Source: Amoebidium appalachense (lineage: Eukaryota; Protista; Ichthyosporea). Taken from it: 64,000 nucleotides of DNA. Made by a program: the position numbers and the translations under genes. The stretch covers positions 1,453,873 to 1,517,872 of the forward strand of contig CAVNZM010000001.1 in assembly GCA_963693365.1 (NCBI GenBank). Direction: 5' to 3'. Numbering within the stretch: position 1 is the stretch's first letter; each line of letters starts with the position of its first letter. Positions 63,049 through 64,000 of the stretch are shown piece after piece. The notes under the pieces were generated by a model that worked only from the letters and a program-made list of their open reading frames with translations, was not told the DNA's origin and did no database searches.

Positions 63049-63185
63049 GACTTTGAACGTGCATGCATCGATAGACTTATGAAAGCACACAAACTGTGTG
63101 CCACACGGGCATGCATGCATGGGGAGGGAGTGTGTGTGTGTGGGGGGGGGGGGGGGGGGGGAGACTTTGAACGTGCATGCAAGTG
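62330..63185. repeat. Modular minisatellite with poly-G spacers
   Basis: ATAGACTTATGAAAGCACACAAACTGTGTGCCACACGGGCATGCATGCA recurs about 8 times, some copies followed by GGGGAGGGAGTGT(G)n. Confidence 0.9.
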
Positions 63186-63526
63186 TGTACCAAAAGGGAC
63201 CTGGACTTCTTTGTATACAATCGATATTTAATCGGTTGAAAACAGCAAAACAAGACTTGTACATATATAATAACCACAAGATACTAAACCATCCAGAAGA
63301 CTTGTACATATATAATAACCACAAGATACTAAACCATCCAGAACCAGAAAAAAAAAGATGCCTACATGCTATGATCCATAAGATGCTCGTTAACATAAAT
63401 ACAGAAACCGTAAGGTGCTACCAGTATCAACAGTCATATATTAAAATACATCAGCCAGCCCCTGTGGCCATACCCAGCCCCTGACACATACAACAAAATC
63501 AAAACACACCCCTCACCACTCCCAAC

Positions 63527-64000
63527 CTAATCTTCATCGTCTTCATCACTGTCCCCGTGAATAACCTGTATATCTGAAACTTGCTTTGCTCGTGTCCTGC
63601 CACTGCGGGCAGGGGCTGGTTTCTGACTCTGTTTTGGTTTCTTTGCTCGACCACTTTCTTTCCCTTTCTTCCCCTCGACCTTCTCGCCCAAAGCCATCAT
63701 GTCCTCCAATTCCTCATCTAATGCCGTCTCAAATGACGTCTCTTCCTGGCGGTGCCGTTTGTACACACCAAAAGAAATATCTGACACCCCTCTCTTTGAA
63801 CCCTGGGAATATGCAGAGGGGTTCGACATCATGGAGGCACCAAAAGTGTGGGATTGGGTGCTGGTAACGGTGGTGAGGGACGGATTGAAGGGGGGTACGG
63901 GCATGACAGGTGGGGGGAGGGGGAGAATGGGCAGGGGGAGGTTGAGGGGGGTTTTGGGCTGAGTGGTACCGGGCGGGGGGAGGGTGGGGATGGGATTTTG
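63527..64000 (-). CDS. 3' end of an ORF with a basic/acidic low-complexity tail, entering from beyond the window
   Basis: ...GKKGKESGRAKKPK...DSDEDDED*. Confidence 0.45.
   Translation of the reverse strand, partial: QNPIPTLPPPGTTQPKTPLNLPLPILPLPPPVMPVPPFNPSLTTVTSTQSHTFGASMMSNPSAYSQGSKRGVSDISFGVYKRHRQEETSFETALDEELEDMMALGEKVEGKKGKESGRAKKPKQSQKPAPARSGRTRAKQVSDIQVIHGDSDEDDED

Noticed and set aside
62330-63185. CRISPR-like repeat/spacer array
   Set aside because: The spacers are the same G-rich sequence or absent, not unique. There are no cas genes and the context is eukaryotic.

Overview
Eukaryotic, intron-containing, repeat-dense window with many (CA)n/(TG)n runs and long G/C homopolymers, made almost entirely of nested transposable elements. 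Retroelements: two near-identical full-length Ty1/copia elements with 5-bp TSDs (one with an exact in-frame loss of integrase), a non-autonomous LTR element, a pile of solo LTRs nested in copia pol fragments, and a tyrosine-recombinase (Ngaro/DIRS-type) derivative captured inside an LTR. There are also four pieces of non-LTR-type RT elements from two diverged families. All four end in the same motif GTAAACCCC, with no terminal poly(A) and no visible TSD. Three LTR insertions hit one spliced locus that encodes a DDE-type (Mutator/ISL3-like motifs) transposase with a DEDDy 3'-5' exonuclease embedded in it. Also present: an intronless glycosyltransferase-like ORF, a tRNA-like gene with an aberrant GGA anticodon arm, a foldback/MITE, and several tandem arrays (183, 147 and 131 bp units). 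The best candidates for a new system are the tail-less GTAAACCCC-terminated RT elements and the exonuclease-bearing transposase. All calls come from reading the sequence by eye. No database searches were run.
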